From NCBI RefSeq assembly GCF_000009045.1, contig NC_000964.3, positions 2,910,001 through 2,942,000 of the forward strand: 32,000 nucleotides of DNA, written 5' to 3'. A program made the position numbers and the translations under genes. This document shows, piece by piece, positions 8,646 through 20,551 of this stretch. The notes under the pieces are model-generated. The model was not told the origin of the DNA. It did no database searches and worked only from the letters and a program-made list of their open reading frames with translations. The DNA comes from Bacillus subtilis subsp. subtilis str. 168 (GTDB taxonomy: Bacteria > Bacillota > Bacilli > Bacillales > Bacillaceae). Numbering within the stretch: the first letter of the stretch is position 1; every line of letters begins with the position of its first letter.

Positions 8646-10328
8646 TTATTTGATATGATGATTTTCGGTTTCTTCTTCAAGTAAACGCCTTCTTAAAATT
8701 TTTCCCACCGCCGTTTTCGGCAGCTCCTTTCTGAACTCATAGGCTTTGGGCACCTTATAGGGAGCTAGACGTGATCTCGCAAAAGCGTCCAGTTCTTCTG
8801 TATCGGCTTTTGCGCCTTTCTTTAATACGACAAATGCTTTTACTGTTTCTCCCCTGTAGGAATCGGGAACGCCTGCGACAACAATTTCCTGGATGGCTTC
8901 ATGTTCATAAAGCGCTTCTTCTACCTCACGCGGGTAAATATTGTAACCGCCGGCAATGATGATATCCTTCTTCCTGTCAGCAATATAGAAAAAGCCTTCT
9001 TCATCCATATAGCCCATGTCCCCGGTGAACAGCCAGCCATCTCTCAGCACTGCGGCGGTTTCCTCTGGTTTATTCCAGTATCCTTTCATGACTTGCGGAC
9101 CTTTTACAATGATTTCTCCATGCTCATACGGAGCGGCAAGCTCACCCGTCTCTTCAGAATAGATCGCAGCGTCCGTACTCGGCCAAGGACAGCCGATACT
9201 GCCCGGCTTGTTTTTTCCCCAGATAAAGTTGGCGTGCGTCACTGGGGATGCCTCAGACAAACCATAGCCTTCCACAAGCTTTCCACCAGTCACCTTTTCA
9301 AATTTCTGCTTTACCTCCACGGGGAGCGCGGCTGATCCGCTAAGACAGCTTTTAATGGATGACAGATCATAATGCTGCAATTCAGGGTGATGCAAAAGGC
9401 CAATGTAAATTGTCGGTGCGCCAGGAAAGAGCGTCGGTTTGTGTTTGTCGATGATTTTAAGTGTTTCGAGCGGATCAAACTTAGGAAGAAGAATCATTTC
9501 GAAGCCTAGTTTAATCGAATAGTTCATGACTGCCGTCAGTCCGTAGACATGAAAAAATGGAACGATGCCCAGCACTTTTTCAGCGCCTTCTTTCACGTCA
9601 TACATCCAAGCGGCGCACATTTCAGTATTTGCCAAAATATTTTGGTGCGTGAGCATGACCCCTTTTGGAGCTCCGGTTGTTCCTCCGGTATACTGGAGGA
9701 CAGCGATATCATGCTCAGGATCGATCTTCGGGATTGTCAGGAGTTCAGTTTTTTCCTGCTTCATACAGGAAGCGAACGTGTGAATGTTAGCTGTTTTGTC
9801 AAAGTCGATATGCACTTTTTGTTTTTGCGTCAGCGGGTAAAGAATATTTTTCGGAAAAGGCAAATAGTCTTTTACACTGGTTATCAAAATCTGGTCGACT
9901 ATTGATAACGTTTTCATTTTTATTGCCTTCGGGAAAAGCAAATCTAAGGTGATGATTACACTTACCTGAGCATCTCTAAGCTGGTATTCAAGCTCATGCT
10001 CGGTATAAAGCGGATTCGTCTGCACCACGATGCCACCGGCAAACAAGACGCCATAATAAGAAATCACTGTTTGCGGGCAATTGGGCAGCATAACAGCCAC
10101 TCTGTCTCCTTTTTGCAGGCCATTGCACTGCAAAAAAGCTGCAAGTTTAAGAGCATCCGTCAGAATGTCATGAAAGGTGAGTTTTTTTCCATAAAACGAT
10201 ATTGCGGTTTTATCAGGGAATCGTGCGGCGGAGTCTGTCAGGATGGATTGCAGGGTTTTATTCGGCAACGGAAGCTCATGCGGGATATCGTTGGGATACT
10301 CGGCAAGCCACGGCTTTTGAGACTGCAT
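8646..10328 (-). CDS. lcfA: Long-chain acyl-CoA synthetase
   Basis: 560 aa from MQSQKPWLAEYPNDIPHE; AMP-binding motif LQYTGGTTGAPKGVMLTH. The track start is 32 codons too early; GGGGAGG RBS precedes MQSQ. Confidence 0.95.
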   Translation of the reverse strand: MQSQKPWLAEYPNDIPHELPLPNKTLQSILTDSAARFPDKTAISFYGKKLTFHDILTDALKLAAFLQCNGLQKGDRVAVMLPNCPQTVISYYGVLFAGGIVVQTNPLYTEHELEYQLRDAQVSVIITLDLLFPKAIKMKTLSIVDQILITSVKDYLPFPKNILYPLTQKQKVHIDFDKTANIHTFASCMKQEKTELLTIPKIDPEHDIAVLQYTGGTTGAPKGVMLTHQNILANTEMCAAWMYDVKEGAEKVLGIVPFFHVYGLTAVMNYSIKLGFEMILLPKFDPLETLKIIDKHKPTLFPGAPTIYIGLLHHPELQHYDLSSIKSCLSGSAALPVEVKQKFEKVTGGKLVEGYGLSEASPVTHANFIWGKNKPGSIGCPWPSTDAAIYSEETGELAAPYEHGEIIVKGPQVMKGYWNKPEETAAVLRDGWLFTGDMGYMDEEGFFYIADRKKDIIIAGGYNIYPREVEEALYEHEAIQEIVVAGVPDSYRGETVKAFVVLKKGAKADTEELDAFARSRLAPYKVPKAYEFRKELPKTAVGKILRRRLLEEETENHHIK

Positions 10329-10365
10329 AAAACCTCCCCTTTCGATTTTAGAGATCCACCTTATC

Positions 10366-10371
10366 ATTATA
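10366..10371 (-). promoter_or_regulatory. Probable -10 element of the lcfA promoter
   Basis: Minus strand TATAAT, about 40 nt upstream of the lcfA start; -35 is weak, in the T-rich end of the upstream terminator. Confidence 0.5.
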
Positions 10372-10383
10372 GCAGATGGACGG

Positions 10384-10421
10384 CAAAAAAAAGAAAAAGA
10401 AAGGTAAATCTTTCTTTTTCT
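10384..10421 (-). terminator. Intrinsic terminator downstream of yshE and the 26 aa ORF
   Basis: Stem agaaaaagaaag/ctttctttttct (10392-10421), followed on the minus strand by a T tract. Confidence 0.8.
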
Positions 10422-10501
10422 CATAATATGAACAGATATATAAGACCAATTAACAAAAAGATTCCCGCTGCGGCGAGCAGTATTTTCGCAAGCTTTTCCA
10501 T
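10421..10501 (-). CDS. Candidate 26 aa hydrophobic microprotein MEKLAKILLAAAGIFLLIGLIYLFIL
   Basis: Complete ATG...TGA frame starting 15 nt after the yshE stop, preceded by GGGGACGGAGAATAG; stop codon abuts the operon terminator stem. Absent from the ORF track because of its length. Confidence 0.6.
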   Translation of the reverse strand: MEKLAKILLAAAGIFLLIGLIYLFIL

Positions 10502-10516
10502 CTATTCTCCGTCCCC

Positions 10517-10927
10517 TTATATTCCGGCTGCCACCACAAAAGAAAGCCCGACAGAAATGACAAATGAAATAAAGCCGACAGCCCGGTTATCATTTTCGAT
10601 TTCCTGATCAATTTTAAACCGCGGAGTCAAAAACTCAAAAATAAAGTAGCTGATCAGAAGCATAACAAACCCGTAAACGCCCCAGCCGATCATTTGCAGC
10701 AGCGAATTATGCTGGGAGATGGAATGCTGAAATACGTTTGCGATTCCCAAAATTTTTCCGCCGGTCGCCATTGCCACCGCAAGATTTCCTTTTTGAATCT
10801 CTTCCCAGTTTTTATAAGCCGTCACCAGCTCAAACACAGTCAAAAAGAGGACGAGGCAGAGAACCGCGACACTGTAATATGCCGCGATTTCCACAAGCTC
10901 GTTTTCCCAAAAATCACTCATGGCCAT
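10517..10927 (-). CDS. yshE: Membrane protein of the DUF350 type
   Basis: 136 aa, multi-TM, ...LAVAMATGGKILGIANVFQHSI...; conserved position downstream of mutSB. Confidence 0.85.
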   Translation of the reverse strand: MAMSDFWENELVEIAAYYSVAVLCLVLFLTVFELVTAYKNWEEIQKGNLAVAMATGGKILGIANVFQHSISQHNSLLQMIGWGVYGFVMLLISYFIFEFLTPRFKIDQEIENDNRAVGFISFVISVGLSFVVAAGI

Positions 10928-10935
10928 ACTCCCTT

Positions 10936-13293
10936 TTATTTTAGTTCAACAACCGTAACGCCTGATCCTCCCTCACCTGCTTCACCGAAACGGGAACTTT
11001 TGACGCTGCGGTGGTTTTTCAGAAGATCCTGTACGCCTTTTCTTAAAGCGCCGGTTCCTTTTCCGTGGATGATTGACACTCTTGGATATCCGGCTAACAC
11101 CGCATCATCCAAGTATTTTTCAACCCGGCTGAGGGCATTTTCATAGCGTTCGCCGCGAAGATCAAGTTCAAGCGATACGTGATAGTCCTTTCCTTTGACC
11201 GCTGTAATCATTTTTTCTTTTTTTGGCTCCGGAGCTGATTTGATAAACTCCAGATCTTTTTCTTTTACTTTCATCTTTAAAATACCGATTTGAACGTTCC
11301 ATTCATTGCCGCCTGTTTTTTCGAGCAATGTTCCTTTTTGCCCGAAAGTGAGGACTTTCACCTCGTCGCCAGGCTTAAAGTCGCGTTTTTGCGTTTTCGG
11401 CTTTTCCGGTTTCTTGGACTTTTCAAAAGCAGGCATAGCGCCTTCTAACCGTTTCTTCGCGTTAATCAGCTCGTGATCCTTGAAGGATTTGTGTTCTTCT
11501 TTTATGGTGCGCAATTCATGAATAATGTCCTCGGCTTCTTTCATTGCCGCTTTTACTTTTTCAGCAGCCTGCTGTTCTGCCTCTTCAAGCATTTTGTCTT
11601 TTTTGCTGTTAAGCTCGATGATTTGCTGCTGCAGCTCTTTATGCAGTTTTTCCGCTTCTTTTCTGATTGATTCTGTCTCAGAAAGCTCTTCTTCCGCACG
11701 TTTTTTGCTTTGTTCCAGCGACGCAATCATCGTATCGACTTCGTTATGCTCGGCCGTCATTTCTGACTTCGCCTGCCCGATGATATGGTCCGGGAGCCCG
11801 AGGCGTTTTGAAATTTCGAAAGCATTGCTTCGACCCGGCACACCAATTAAAAGTTTATAGGTCGGTGACAGCGTTTCGATGTCAAATTCAACGCTGGCAT
11901 TCATGACGCCTTCTCTGTTATAGCCGTACGCCTTCAATTCCGGATAATGCGTCGTAGCTAACACTCGTGCATTGGTGCGATGCACGTCATCCAAGATGCT
12001 CATGGCGAGGGCCGCCCCCTCCTGCGGATCTGTCCCTGCACCAAGTTCATCGAAAAGCACAAGGCTGTTTTCATTGACCTGTTCTAAAATGCCGACAATA
12101 TTCACCATATGGGATGAGAACGTACTTAAACTTTGCTCAATCGACTGTTCATCACCGATATCAGCGAATACGTGCTCAAATACTGCCGCTTCTGACCCTT
12201 CATCTGCCGGGATATGAAGACCTGACTGCGCCATTAAGGTTAGCAGGCCTAACGTTTTAAGGGTGACTGTTTTCCCCCCGGTGTTTGGCCCTGTGATGAC
12301 AATGGTTGAAAAATCGCGGCCAAGCTCGATGTCATTGGCAACAACCTGATCAGGCGGAAGCAATGGATGGCGGGCTTTTTTCAAACGGATAAAGCCGGTG
12401 TCGTTCATAATCGGTTTTGTCGCTTTAACCGCTTTTGCATATCTAGCTTTTGCAAAAATAAAGTCAAGCGTCTGCAGCACTTGCAAATCTAGAAATAGCT
12501 CCTCTGTATACTCTGCCGTTTTCTCTGTCAGCACACGCAAAATCCGTTCAATTTCTTGCTTTTCTTTCACTTTCGCCTGCTGAAGGGAATTGTTCATATC
12601 TACAATCGCCTGCGGTTCAATGAATAGTGTCGCACCAGAGGATGAGGTGTCGTGCACAATTCCTCCATAGCTGGATCTGTACTCCTGTTTGACCGGGATC
12701 ACAAAGCGGTCATTCCGAATCGTAACAATCGTATCAGACAGCATTTTCGATGCGGAAGAGGAACGCAGCATCGACTCTAACCGGTCTCTGACTCTTGATT
12801 CGAGTGTTCTGAGCTGTGTGCGGATTCCTCTTAATGTTTCCGATGCATGATCAAGCACTTCTCCGTGATCATCAATGCAGGAATTAATGTCCCGCTCTAA
12901 ATCGGACAGCGTGATAAGCTGTTCAGCATGCTGATGGATCAGCGGAATGTCGACACCGTCTTCAGCCATTTGCGTGATAAAATGTTTCATTTGTTTAACT
13001 GCATAAAGCAGGCCTGAGATTTCAGTGAATTCAGAAGGACTGAGAACGCTGCCGATTTCCGCCCGTCTTAACGCTCCTCTGATATCTACAAGGCCGCCAA
13101 ATGGCGCTTGGCCTCTCAGCCGGATAATGTCAGAAGCTTCGTCTACTTCATCCAGCTGTTTTTTGATTTCGTCTATAGAAGCAGAAGGCTTAAGCTCGAG
13201 AAGCATTTCTTTTCCGAGCGATGAAGCGGCATGCCCAATAACCTGTTCTTTCACTTTATGAAATTCAAGAGCTGATAATACTTTTTGCTGCAC
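10936..13293 (-). CDS. mutSB: MutS2-type ATPase (endonuclease MutS2) with C-terminal Smr domain
   Basis: 785 aa; Walker [15 protein letters not shown]; Smr region [45 protein letters not shown]. Confidence 0.96.
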   Translation of the reverse strand: MQQKVLSALEFHKVKEQVIGHAASSLGKEMLLELKPSASIDEIKKQLDEVDEASDIIRLRGQAPFGGLVDIRGALRRAEIGSVLSPSEFTEISGLLYAVKQMKHFITQMAEDGVDIPLIHQHAEQLITLSDLERDINSCIDDHGEVLDHASETLRGIRTQLRTLESRVRDRLESMLRSSSASKMLSDTIVTIRNDRFVIPVKQEYRSSYGGIVHDTSSSGATLFIEPQAIVDMNNSLQQAKVKEKQEIERILRVLTEKTAEYTEELFLDLQVLQTLDFIFAKARYAKAVKATKPIMNDTGFIRLKKARHPLLPPDQVVANDIELGRDFSTIVITGPNTGGKTVTLKTLGLLTLMAQSGLHIPADEGSEAAVFEHVFADIGDEQSIEQSLSTFSSHMVNIVGILEQVNENSLVLFDELGAGTDPQEGAALAMSILDDVHRTNARVLATTHYPELKAYGYNREGVMNASVEFDIETLSPTYKLLIGVPGRSNAFEISKRLGLPDHIIGQAKSEMTAEHNEVDTMIASLEQSKKRAEEELSETESIRKEAEKLHKELQQQIIELNSKKDKMLEEAEQQAAEKVKAAMKEAEDIIHELRTIKEEHKSFKDHELINAKKRLEGAMPAFEKSKKPEKPKTQKRDFKPGDEVKVLTFGQKGTLLEKTGGNEWNVQIGILKMKVKEKDLEFIKSAPEPKKEKMITAVKGKDYHVSLELDLRGERYENALSRVEKYLDDAVLAGYPRVSIIHGKGTGALRKGVQDLLKNHRSVKSSRFGEAGEGGSGVTVVELK

Positions 13294-13313
13294 GATTGTG
13301 TGAGCCTCCTTAC

Positions 13314-15026
13314 TTAATCGTTGCGCTTCAGAAATGCCTCTACGTCTTTAAGCGACCGGGCATTCAGAACGTTTTTCGTTTCCGTCCATCCTTTGCGCGC
13401 GGCAGTAACGCCAGTTTTCATATCGTCTAACATCTCAATATTATGGGCATCAGTATTAATCACCAATGTAACCCCTTGTTCGTTTGCTTTCATTAAATGC
13501 TCTGTGCGCAGATCAAGGCGCGCAGGGTTGGCATTGAGTTCAAGCGCCGTATTTGTTTTCCTCGCAAGCTCAATCAGCTGATCAATATCGATTTCGTAAC
13601 CGGCCCGTCTGCCGATAAGGCGCCCGGTCGGGTGTGCGATAATGTCAACATGCTTGTTTGTCAGTGCCGTCTCAAGCCGTTTCATAATCACGTGTTCCGG
13701 CTGATTAAAACTGGAATGAATCGATGCAATAACGATATCCATTTCCGCAAGCACATCGTCATCATAATCGAGCGTACCGTCAGGCAGGATATCCATCTCA
13801 ACGCCTTTCAAAATACGGAAGTTTTCAAACTCTGCATTCAGCGCGTCAATTTCTTTTGCCTGCTGCTTAAGTCTTTCTGCAGTAAGCCCGTTGGCGACCT
13901 TTAAATATTGTGAGTGATCGGTGATCGCCATGTATTGATAGCCTTTTTTGATGCAGGCTTCAGCCATCTCTCTGATCGAAAATGCGCCATCGCTCCACGT
14001 TGAGTGCATGTGGAGATCACCTTTGATTTGCCCGAGCTCTATCAGTTCAATGCTGTCGCTGTAGGTTTCCACTTCCTGTCCGCTTTCACGAATTTCCGGC
14101 GGAATCAGCGGCAGGCCGAAGTGCGCATAAAATTCACGTTCACTCGGAAATGTTTTGATCTCTCCGGTTTCAACTGTCTCAACGCCGTATTCACTGATCC
14201 GCTCGCCGCGTTCTTTGGCGATTTGGCGCATCTTAATATTGTGATCCTTTGATCCCGTAAAATGATGGAGTGTTGTCGGAAACTGCTCTTCCGTCACAAG
14301 ACGGAAATCGACGCTTGTTTCATATTCAAAGGAAAGGATGACGGACACCTTCGTATCTCCGCTTGCGATCACGCTTTTGATGTTTGGCAGCTCAAGAAGC
14401 TGCTCTCTTACTTCAGCCGGATGATCTGTAGCAATGATATAATCCAGATCCTTCACCGTTTCCCGCGCTCTGCGGAGACTTCCGGCACGAGAAAATTTGA
14501 TGATATGCGTAAATTGAGAAAGATGCTCCTCAATTTCCCGCGCGATCCGGAGGGCGTAGCCGATCGGGAACCGTTCAGGCTGTTTTCCGGCTTCCCCGAG
14601 CGCCTGTAATATTTTTTCTTCCGATTTTTTGCCGAAGCCCGCAAGACCCTGGACCTTTTGCTGCTCACAGGCTTCCTTCAGAGATTCTGCATCGTGTACG
14701 CCGAGCTCTTTATACAGCTTTGCGATTTTTTTGCCGCCGAGCCCCGGCAGCTTCAATAAAGGCACGAGTCCTTCCGGCACTTCTTTCTGAAGCGATTCGA
14801 GCGTGCTTGACTTTCCTTCATCTATATACTCTTTAATGACGCTGTACGTTCCTTTTCCAATGCCGGACAGCGACATCATATCGTCCATTTCTGATAAGCT
14901 TCGGTCGTCCTGTTCCAGAGCTGCCGCCGCTTTTCGGAAGGCGGATACTTTAAACGGGTTGTCCCCTTTGAGTTCCATATAGACTGCAATGGTTTCAAGC
15001 AGCCGGATAATATCTTTTTTATGCAT
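13314..15026 (-). CDS. polX: Family X DNA polymerase with PHP domain
   Basis: 570 aa; Hh[18 protein letters not shown]; PHP motifs [27 protein letters not shown]. Confidence 0.96.
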   Translation of the reverse strand: MHKKDIIRLLETIAVYMELKGDNPFKVSAFRKAAAALEQDDRSLSEMDDMMSLSGIGKGTYSVIKEYIDEGKSSTLESLQKEVPEGLVPLLKLPGLGGKKIAKLYKELGVHDAESLKEACEQQKVQGLAGFGKKSEEKILQALGEAGKQPERFPIGYALRIAREIEEHLSQFTHIIKFSRAGSLRRARETVKDLDYIIATDHPAEVREQLLELPNIKSVIASGDTKVSVILSFEYETSVDFRLVTEEQFPTTLHHFTGSKDHNIKMRQIAKERGERISEYGVETVETGEIKTFPSEREFYAHFGLPLIPPEIRESGQEVETYSDSIELIELGQIKGDLHMHSTWSDGAFSIREMAEACIKKGYQYMAITDHSQYLKVANGLTAERLKQQAKEIDALNAEFENFRILKGVEMDILPDGTLDYDDDVLAEMDIVIASIHSSFNQPEHVIMKRLETALTNKHVDIIAHPTGRLIGRRAGYEIDIDQLIELARKTNTALELNANPARLDLRTEHLMKANEQGVTLVINTDAHNIEMLDDMKTGVTAARKGWTETKNVLNARSLKDVEAFLKRND

Positions 15027-15068
15027 ATCATAACCCCCAGACGTTCACATATGTTTCCATCATACTTG

Positions 15069-15101
15069 AAAAAAACTTCTCCGGACAAGAGAAGTTTTTT
15101 T
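15069..15101 (-). terminator. Intrinsic terminator at the 3' end of yshB
   Basis: aaaaaaacttct ccggacaag agaagttttttt; T-rich flanks on both sides so it could act on either strand; overlaps the yshB stop. Confidence 0.75.
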
Positions 15102-15633
15102 ATGCCCCGTACTGTGTCCACAGCTCTTGTAAAAGCCCTGACAAGTACGGTGTATGGTTAATGATCACATTTGCGAGAGACGATTGCCCCATCATTTGCT
15201 GCAACGCGTCTACCGGCAGAACGGATGCGACATACAGCAGCACAAATGTAAATAAATAGACTTCTAGAAAACCGAGAACGGCTCCCAGCATCTGGTTGAT
15301 TTGTTTAATCACCGGAATGCCGGCTACAATACTCAGGAACGAGCCGATGATTCTCAGTAAGATTTTAGCAATGATAAATAAAACGATAAACGCAATCGCA
15401 TTATAGTACGCTGCTTCCAAATTCCCCGTAAAAAAAGAAAGAGCCGGCTGTCCCGCTGAAAAATCGGGTGCGGGAATCCAATGTAAATGCGGTGCCACGT
15501 TTTTATAGAATAAAGCCGCAAAGGCAATTGATAAAATAAAGCTCGTCAAGCGGATAAACTGCAGGATAAAACCGCGTTTTAACCCCAGTAAAGTCCCCAT
15601 CAGGAGCAAGATTAAGATGATGATATCTAGCAT
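15100..15633 (-). CDS. yshB: CvpA family membrane protein
   Basis: 177 aa, MLDIIILILLLMGTLLGLKRGFILQFIRLTSFILS, colicin V production protein family pattern. Confidence 0.88.
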   Translation of the reverse strand: MLDIIILILLLMGTLLGLKRGFILQFIRLTSFILSIAFAALFYKNVAPHLHWIPAPDFSAGQPALSFFTGNLEAAYYNAIAFIVLFIIAKILLRIIGSFLSIVAGIPVIKQINQMLGAVLGFLEVYLFTFVLLYVASVLPVDALQQMMGQSSLANVIINHTPYLSGLLQELWTQYGA

Positions 15634-15639
15634 AGTTGT

Positions 15640-15897
15640 TCAATCCTTTTCTTTAAGCTGACGCTCCAGTTTTTCACATTTCTCTTGTAATTTGACATAA
15701 TCGTGCACCACATTTACCGCTGTCAGCACTGCAAGTTTATTTATATCAAGGTATGGATTTTTTTCATTGATTTCTCTCATTTTATCATCAACAATTCCGG
15801 CGACATACCTCATATGGGCTCTGCTTTCTTCACCGACAATCGTGAAGTGCTGGCCGTAAATGTCAACGGTTGTTTTTGTTTTTTTGCCGTCAGACAA
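15640..15897 (-). CDS. zapA: Cell division protein ZapA
   Basis: 85 aa, [41 protein letters not shown]; ZapA family, adjacent to yshB. Confidence 0.93.
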   Translation of the reverse strand: MSDGKKTKTTVDIYGQHFTIVGEESRAHMRYVAGIVDDKMREINEKNPYLDINKLAVLTAVNVVHDYVKLQEKCEKLERQLKEKD

Positions 15898-16030
15898 CGT
15901 TTCTCCTCCATTCCGCGAGAATCCTAGTTCTTATCATAACACGTTTATTAAATGAATGGAAAGACGAGCCTCCCGCTGTTATGATACACTGGTATATACA
16001 GCGAAAAGTGTAAAAAAAGGAGATTATTAC

Positions 16031-16972
16031 GTGTCCCATTCAGTGATAAAAGTATCGTTGTCTGCTATTGACCAAATGAAAATGACGTACAGCGGTTCAC
16101 TTACAGCCTCTGTTCCGCAGGGAGCCGTTTTTCAGGCAAAACCGCCCGGCTGTACCATTACAGCATATCAATCAGGTAAGGTCTTGTTTCAAGGAAAAAA
16201 CGCTGCGGCAGAATCCGCGCGCTGGGGAACAGCAGAGCCTCAGGAAAAGAAGAAAACGGCCAAAAAGCCGGCTGATCCCCGCTATGCCCCTCCGGCAGAT
16301 ATCGCCGGAATGTCTGTTATCGGTTCTGACGAAGTCGGAACCGGAGATTACTTTGGCCCAATGACGGTTGTATGCGCGTACGTCGACAAAACCATGCTTC
16401 CTTTAATGAAGGAACTCGGTGTTAAGGATTCTAAAGATTTAAAAGATCCGCAAATCATCGAGATTGCCCGAAACCTGATTAAAACCATTCCGTACAGCCT
16501 GCTGGTGTTAAAGAATGAAAAGTATAACAGCATGCAGGAAAAAGGCATGAGCCAAGGGAAAATGAAAGCTTTGCTGCACAATCAGGCGATCACACATTTA
16601 TTAAGAAAATTGGATGGAGTAAAGCCTGAAGCCATTTTGATTGACCAATTCGCTGAGCCAGGCGTCTACTTCAATCATTTAAAGGGCAGAGACATTGTGA
16701 AGGAGCGGACCTATTTTAGCACAAAAGCTGAAGGTATTCACCTGGCTGTCGCCGCTGCTTCAATCATTGCAAGATATTCATTTTTAATGGAAATGGATAA
16801 ACTATCACGCGCGGCAGGAATGACGCTTCCAAAAGGGGCCGGTCCGCACGTCGATGAAGCGGCCGCCAAGCTGATCCTCAAAAAAGGGGCATCTGCACTC
16901 AGAACCTTTACAAAACTCCATTTCGCCAATACGCAAAAAGCGCAGCGCCTTGCTGATAAAAAACGTTCATAG
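16031..16972 (+). CDS. rnhC: Ribonuclease HIII
   Basis: 313 aa from GTG start (V/M)SHSVIKVSLSAIDQMK, with AAAAAAGGAG RBS just upstream; IGSDEVGTGDYFGPM motif. The track extends 25 codons further upstream. Confidence 0.94.
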   Translation: MSHSVIKVSLSAIDQMKMTYSGSLTASVPQGAVFQAKPPGCTITAYQSGKVLFQGKNAAAESARWGTAEPQEKKKTAKKPADPRYAPPADIAGMSVIGSDEVGTGDYFGPMTVVCAYVDKTMLPLMKELGVKDSKDLKDPQIIEIARNLIKTIPYSLLVLKNEKYNSMQEKGMSQGKMKALLHNQAITHLLRKLDGVKPEAILIDQFAEPGVYFNHLKGRDIVKERTYFSTKAEGIHLAVAAASIIARYSFLMEMDKLSRAAGMTLPKGAGPHVDEAAAKLILKKGASALRTFTKLHFANTQKAQRLADKKRS

Positions 16973-17006
16973 AAAAAAGCTTGCAGATTTCTCTGCAAGC
17001 TTTTTT
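16973..17006. terminator. Bidirectional terminator between convergent rnhC and pheT
   Basis: AAAAAAGCTTGCAGA TTTC TCTGCAAGCTTTTTT, perfect 15 bp arms. Confidence 0.93.
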
Positions 17007-17007
17007 A

Positions 17008-19422
17008 TCAGCCTCTTAAAACAGCTTGATATGTGTCTTCTAACGCTTTCAGCACTTTGCTGTGCGCCTTTGTCACTTCTTCTTCAGTCAGTGTTTGTTC
17101 AGGATTGACATACTGGAGTGAGAAAGCGACTGACTTCTTGCCTTCCTCCATATGCTCTCCTTCGTATACGTCAAATACGGTTACCTCTTTCAGAAGCTTG
17201 CCCCCGGCCTCTTTAATGACGCTCTCGAGCTGTCCGCTTGTGACGGTTTTATCTGTTACAAGAGCGATATCACGTGTCACAGACGGATATTTTGGAATCG
17301 CCGTGTAAACAAGCGGTGCTGTTTCTGCTGCGAGCAACGCATGAAGATCGAGCTCAAATACGTATGTTTCCTTTATATCCAGTTCTTTTTCCAATGAAGG
17401 ATGGACTTGGCCGATGAAGCCGATCAGAGAACCATTCAATAAAATGTTCGCTGTTCTGCCCGGATGCAGCTGTTTGCGTTCAGACTGTACAAATTCAATG
17501 CTGTCTAGGACGTTGAGTTTGTCTAACAGCCCTTCCACAATTCCTTTGACAACAAAGAAATCAACTGGTTTCTTTTCACCCTGCCATAGCTGCTTGCGCC
17601 ATAATCCGGTAACAGCTCCTGCTACGCGTTCTGTTTCAACAGGTTTTGTGTCCTCTTCCTTCGTTAGGAAAACGGAGCCAACTTCGTACAGTGCAACTGA
17701 GTCAGTCTGCCTCGCAAGATTGTAAGAAACAGAATCAAGCAGATTTGGAACAAGACTGTGTCTGAGAATGCTTCTTTCTTCACTCATTGGAAGCGCAAGC
17801 ACAGTATTCAGTGATTTTTCAATCGCAAACGCTGTCGCTTTCTTCTCGTTTGTCAGTGAGTAAGTGATGGCTTGTGATAAGCCTGCGCCTTCAAGGAAGC
17901 GTCTGACTTTACGGCGTTTTGCCTGATATGGCGTTAATCCGCCTGTAGTTCCCGCTGTCTCAGGAAGCGTAGACGGAATGTTATCGTAGCCGTACAGTCT
18001 TGCCGCTTCTTCGATTAAATCCTCTTCTATTGTAATGTCACCGCGCCGTGATGGGACAGTCACAACGAGAAGATCATCCGCTTCACCGACCGTAAAACCG
18101 AGACGTTTATAAATGCTGATCAGTTCTTCTTTACTGATCGTCAGGCCTAGAACGCTGCTCACTTTGTCAGCAGATACGTGAATGTTATTTGCTTCGATTG
18201 TCAGGTGATCTTCCTCAACCGTTCCAGCAAGCACCTCACCGCCGGCATACAGATGGATCAGCTGCGCAGCCCGTTCTGCTGCAAGACGTACGCGTGCCGG
18301 ATCAATTCCTTTTTCAAATCTTACGCTTGATTCACTTCTCAAACCAAGGTCTTTGGAAGCCTTGCGAACCTTCTGCCCGTTGAAATACGCAGCCTCAAGC
18401 AAAATGGTTTTCGTATCTTCCTGAACCTCTGACTCTGCTCCTCCCATGACACCGGCAACGGCCTGCGCTTTCGTTCCGTTTGTAATGACAAGGTGATCGG
18501 CAGACAGCTTACGTTCTTGATCATCAAGTGTTACGATCATTTCATTCTCAGCTGCTTTTCTTACTACGACTTCCTTAGAGCCAAATCTGTCATAATCAAA
18601 CGCATGAAGCGGCTGTCCGTATTCCAACAGGACAAAATTTGTGATGTCAACGACGTTGTTGTGCGGACGAATGCCTGCATTCATCAGCTTTGTCTGCATC
18701 CAAAGCGGTGACGGAGCAATCGTGACATTTTTAATGATTTTTGCAGTGTACAGCGGGTTCGCTTCTTGATCTTCAATTTTGACTGAAATGTAATCAGACG
18801 CTTGTTCTGAAGCAGCCGGGTAATCCGTTTGCGGAAGCTTTACCTCAGTGTCTAAAATCGCCGCAACCTCGTAAGCAACACCAAGCATGTTCATGGCATC
18901 CGCGCGGTTTGGCGTTAAACCCAGCTCAAGAATCGCATCGTCAAGCTGTAAAGCCGCTAAGGCATCGCTTCCTGTTTCAGCGTCATTCGGGAATACGAAA
19001 ATGCCTTCTGCATACTCCTTCGCCACAAGTTTGCTTTCGATACCAAGCTCCTGTAAGGAACAGATCATGCCGTTTGATTCTTCACCGCGAAGCTTGGCTT
19101 TTTTGATTTTGAAATTGCCCGGCAGCACCGCTCCGACTGTTGCAACTGCGACTTTTTGTCCCTTATCCACATTCGGCGCGCCGCAAATGATTTGTACAGG
19201 GGCTTCAGCTCCGATATCCACAAGGCACTTATTCAGCTTATCAGCATTCGGGTGCTGCTCGCGCTCCAGCACATGGCCGATGACAACGCCTTTGATGCCT
19301 TCTCCTTTGTATTCAATTCCTTCAACCTCAATACCGGCTCTTGTAATTTTTTCAGCAAGAACAGCCGGGTCCATGCCTTTTAAATCAACATAATCCTCTA
19401 ACCATTTATAAGAAACAAACAT
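17008..19422 (-). CDS. pheT: Phenylalanyl-tRNA synthetase beta subunit
   Basis: 804 aa; [16 protein letters not shown]..., [24 protein letters not shown]-terminal FDX-ACB region. Confidence 0.97.
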   Translation of the reverse strand: MFVSYKWLEDYVDLKGMDPAVLAEKITRAGIEVEGIEYKGEGIKGVVIGHVLEREQHPNADKLNKCLVDIGAEAPVQIICGAPNVDKGQKVAVATVGAVLPGNFKIKKAKLRGEESNGMICSLQELGIESKLVAKEYAEGIFVFPNDAETGSDALAALQLDDAILELGLTPNRADAMNMLGVAYEVAAILDTEVKLPQTDYPAASEQASDYISVKIEDQEANPLYTAKIIKNVTIAPSPLWMQTKLMNAGIRPHNNVVDITNFVLLEYGQPLHAFDYDRFGSKEVVVRKAAENEMIVTLDDQERKLSADHLVITNGTKAQAVAGVMGGAESEVQEDTKTILLEAAYFNGQKVRKASKDLGLRSESSVRFEKGIDPARVRLAAERAAQLIHLYAGGEVLAGTVEEDHLTIEANNIHVSADKVSSVLGLTISKEELISIYKRLGFTVGEADDLLVVTVPSRRGDITIEEDLIEEAARLYGYDNIPSTLPETAGTTGGLTPYQAKRRKVRRFLEGAGLSQAITYSLTNEKKATAFAIEKSLNTVLALPMSEERSILRHSLVPNLLDSVSYNLARQTDSVALYEVGSVFLTKEEDTKPVETERVAGAVTGLWRKQLWQGEKKPVDFFVVKGIVEGLLDKLNVLDSIEFVQSERKQLHPGRTANILLNGSLIGFIGQVHPSLEKELDIKETYVFELDLHALLAAETAPLVYTAIPKYPSVTRDIALVTDKTVTSGQLESVIKEAGGKLLKEVTVFDVYEGEHMEEGKKSVAFSLQYVNPEQTLTEEEVTKAHSKVLKALEDTYQAVLRG

Positions 19423-19437
19423 CCTTGCATCCTCCTC

Positions 19438-20472
19438 TTACGCCTGTTTAAACTGCGAAATAAATCTGACATCGTTTGTATAGAAGTGGCGGATATCATC
19501 AATGCCATATTTCAGCATCGCGATGCGCTCAACACCCATTCCGAATGCGAAGCCCTGATATTCCTTCGGATCAAAGCCAGCCATTTTAAGCACGTTCGGG
19601 TGAACCATTCCGGCACCGAGGATTTCAATCCAGCCTGTTCCTTTACATACTGAGCAGCCGTTCCCACCGCATTTAAAGCATGTCACATCCACTTCTACTG
19701 AAGGCTCAGTAAACGGGAAGAAGCTTGGGCGGAGTCTGATTTCACGGTCTTGCCCGAACATTTTTTTCGCAACAAGTTCAAGCGTTCCTTTTAAATCACT
19801 CATGCTGATGTTTTTGTCAACGACAAGCCCTTCAATTTGCATAAATTGGTGAGAGTGCGTCGCATCATCGTTATCACGGCGATATACTTTACCCGGGCAA
19901 ATGATTTTAACGGGACCTTTGCCTTCATGCTTTTCCATCGTACGTGTTTGGACAGGAGAAGTTTGCGTTCTCATCAAAGTTTCCTCTGTGATGTAAAAGC
20001 TGTCCTGCATATCGCGCGCTGGGTGTTCTTTCGGAAGATTGAGCGATTCGAAGTTGTAGTAATCCGTTTCAACCTCTGGCCCTTCCTCGACTGTGTAGCC
20101 CATACCGATAAATAAATCTTCAATTTCTTCAATGACAACAGTGAGCGGATGGCGGCCGCCGACTGCAACAGGGTTCCCCGGCAGCGTGACGTCAATTGTC
20201 TGTCCTGCAAGCTTCTGTTTCATTTCCTCTTCTTCAAGCTTCTCGTTTTTGTCAGCAATCGCATTGGCAATACGCTCCCTTACTTCGTTCGCGAGCGCCC
20301 CCATTTTTGGACGTTCCTCAGCAGAAAGCTTGCCCATTCCGCGCAGCACTTCTGTAATCGGCCCTTTTTTTCCGAGATATTGCACCCGAATATCATTGAC
20401 AACCTTCAATGAGCTTGCCGCTTCTACTTGTTCTAAAGCTTCTTGTTCCAGCTGTTTTAGCTTTTCTTCCAT
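19438..20472 (-). CDS. pheS: Phenylalanyl-tRNA synthetase alpha subunit
   Basis: 344 aa; class II motifs [55 protein letters not shown]. Confidence 0.97.
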   Translation of the reverse strand: MEEKLKQLEQEALEQVEAASSLKVVNDIRVQYLGKKGPITEVLRGMGKLSAEERPKMGALANEVRERIANAIADKNEKLEEEEMKQKLAGQTIDVTLPGNPVAVGGRHPLTVVIEEIEDLFIGMGYTVEEGPEVETDYYNFESLNLPKEHPARDMQDSFYITEETLMRTQTSPVQTRTMEKHEGKGPVKIICPGKVYRRDNDDATHSHQFMQIEGLVVDKNISMSDLKGTLELVAKKMFGQDREIRLRPSFFPFTEPSVEVDVTCFKCGGNGCSVCKGTGWIEILGAGMVHPNVLKMAGFDPKEYQGFAFGMGVERIAMLKYGIDDIRHFYTNDVRFISQFKQA

Positions 20473-20521
20473 TTTGCATCCTCCTTTTATGTAAACAAAC
20501 CGTCATATGTCTTTGGAAAAT

Positions 20522-20551
20522 AAAAAAAACCCGTCCCTTGTACAAGGGACG
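20522..20551 (-). terminator. T-box terminator hairpin
   Basis: Perfect palindrome CGTCCCTTGTACAAGGGACG (20532-20551) followed on the minus strand by a U tract. Confidence 0.93.

Noticed and set aside
9996-10607. 203 aa plus-strand ORF antisense to lcfA/yshE
   Set aside because: Antisense shadow of coding sequence, crosses the terminator and promoter region; no plausible domain.
14876-15121. 81 aa minus-strand ORF between yshB and polX
   Set aside because: Overlaps the intrinsic terminator and the polX start in another frame; no family resemblance.
18887-19393. 168 aa plus-strand ORF antisense to pheT
   Set aside because: Low-complexity Ser/Pro-rich frame opposite a well-conserved gene; no RBS; typical mirror ORF.
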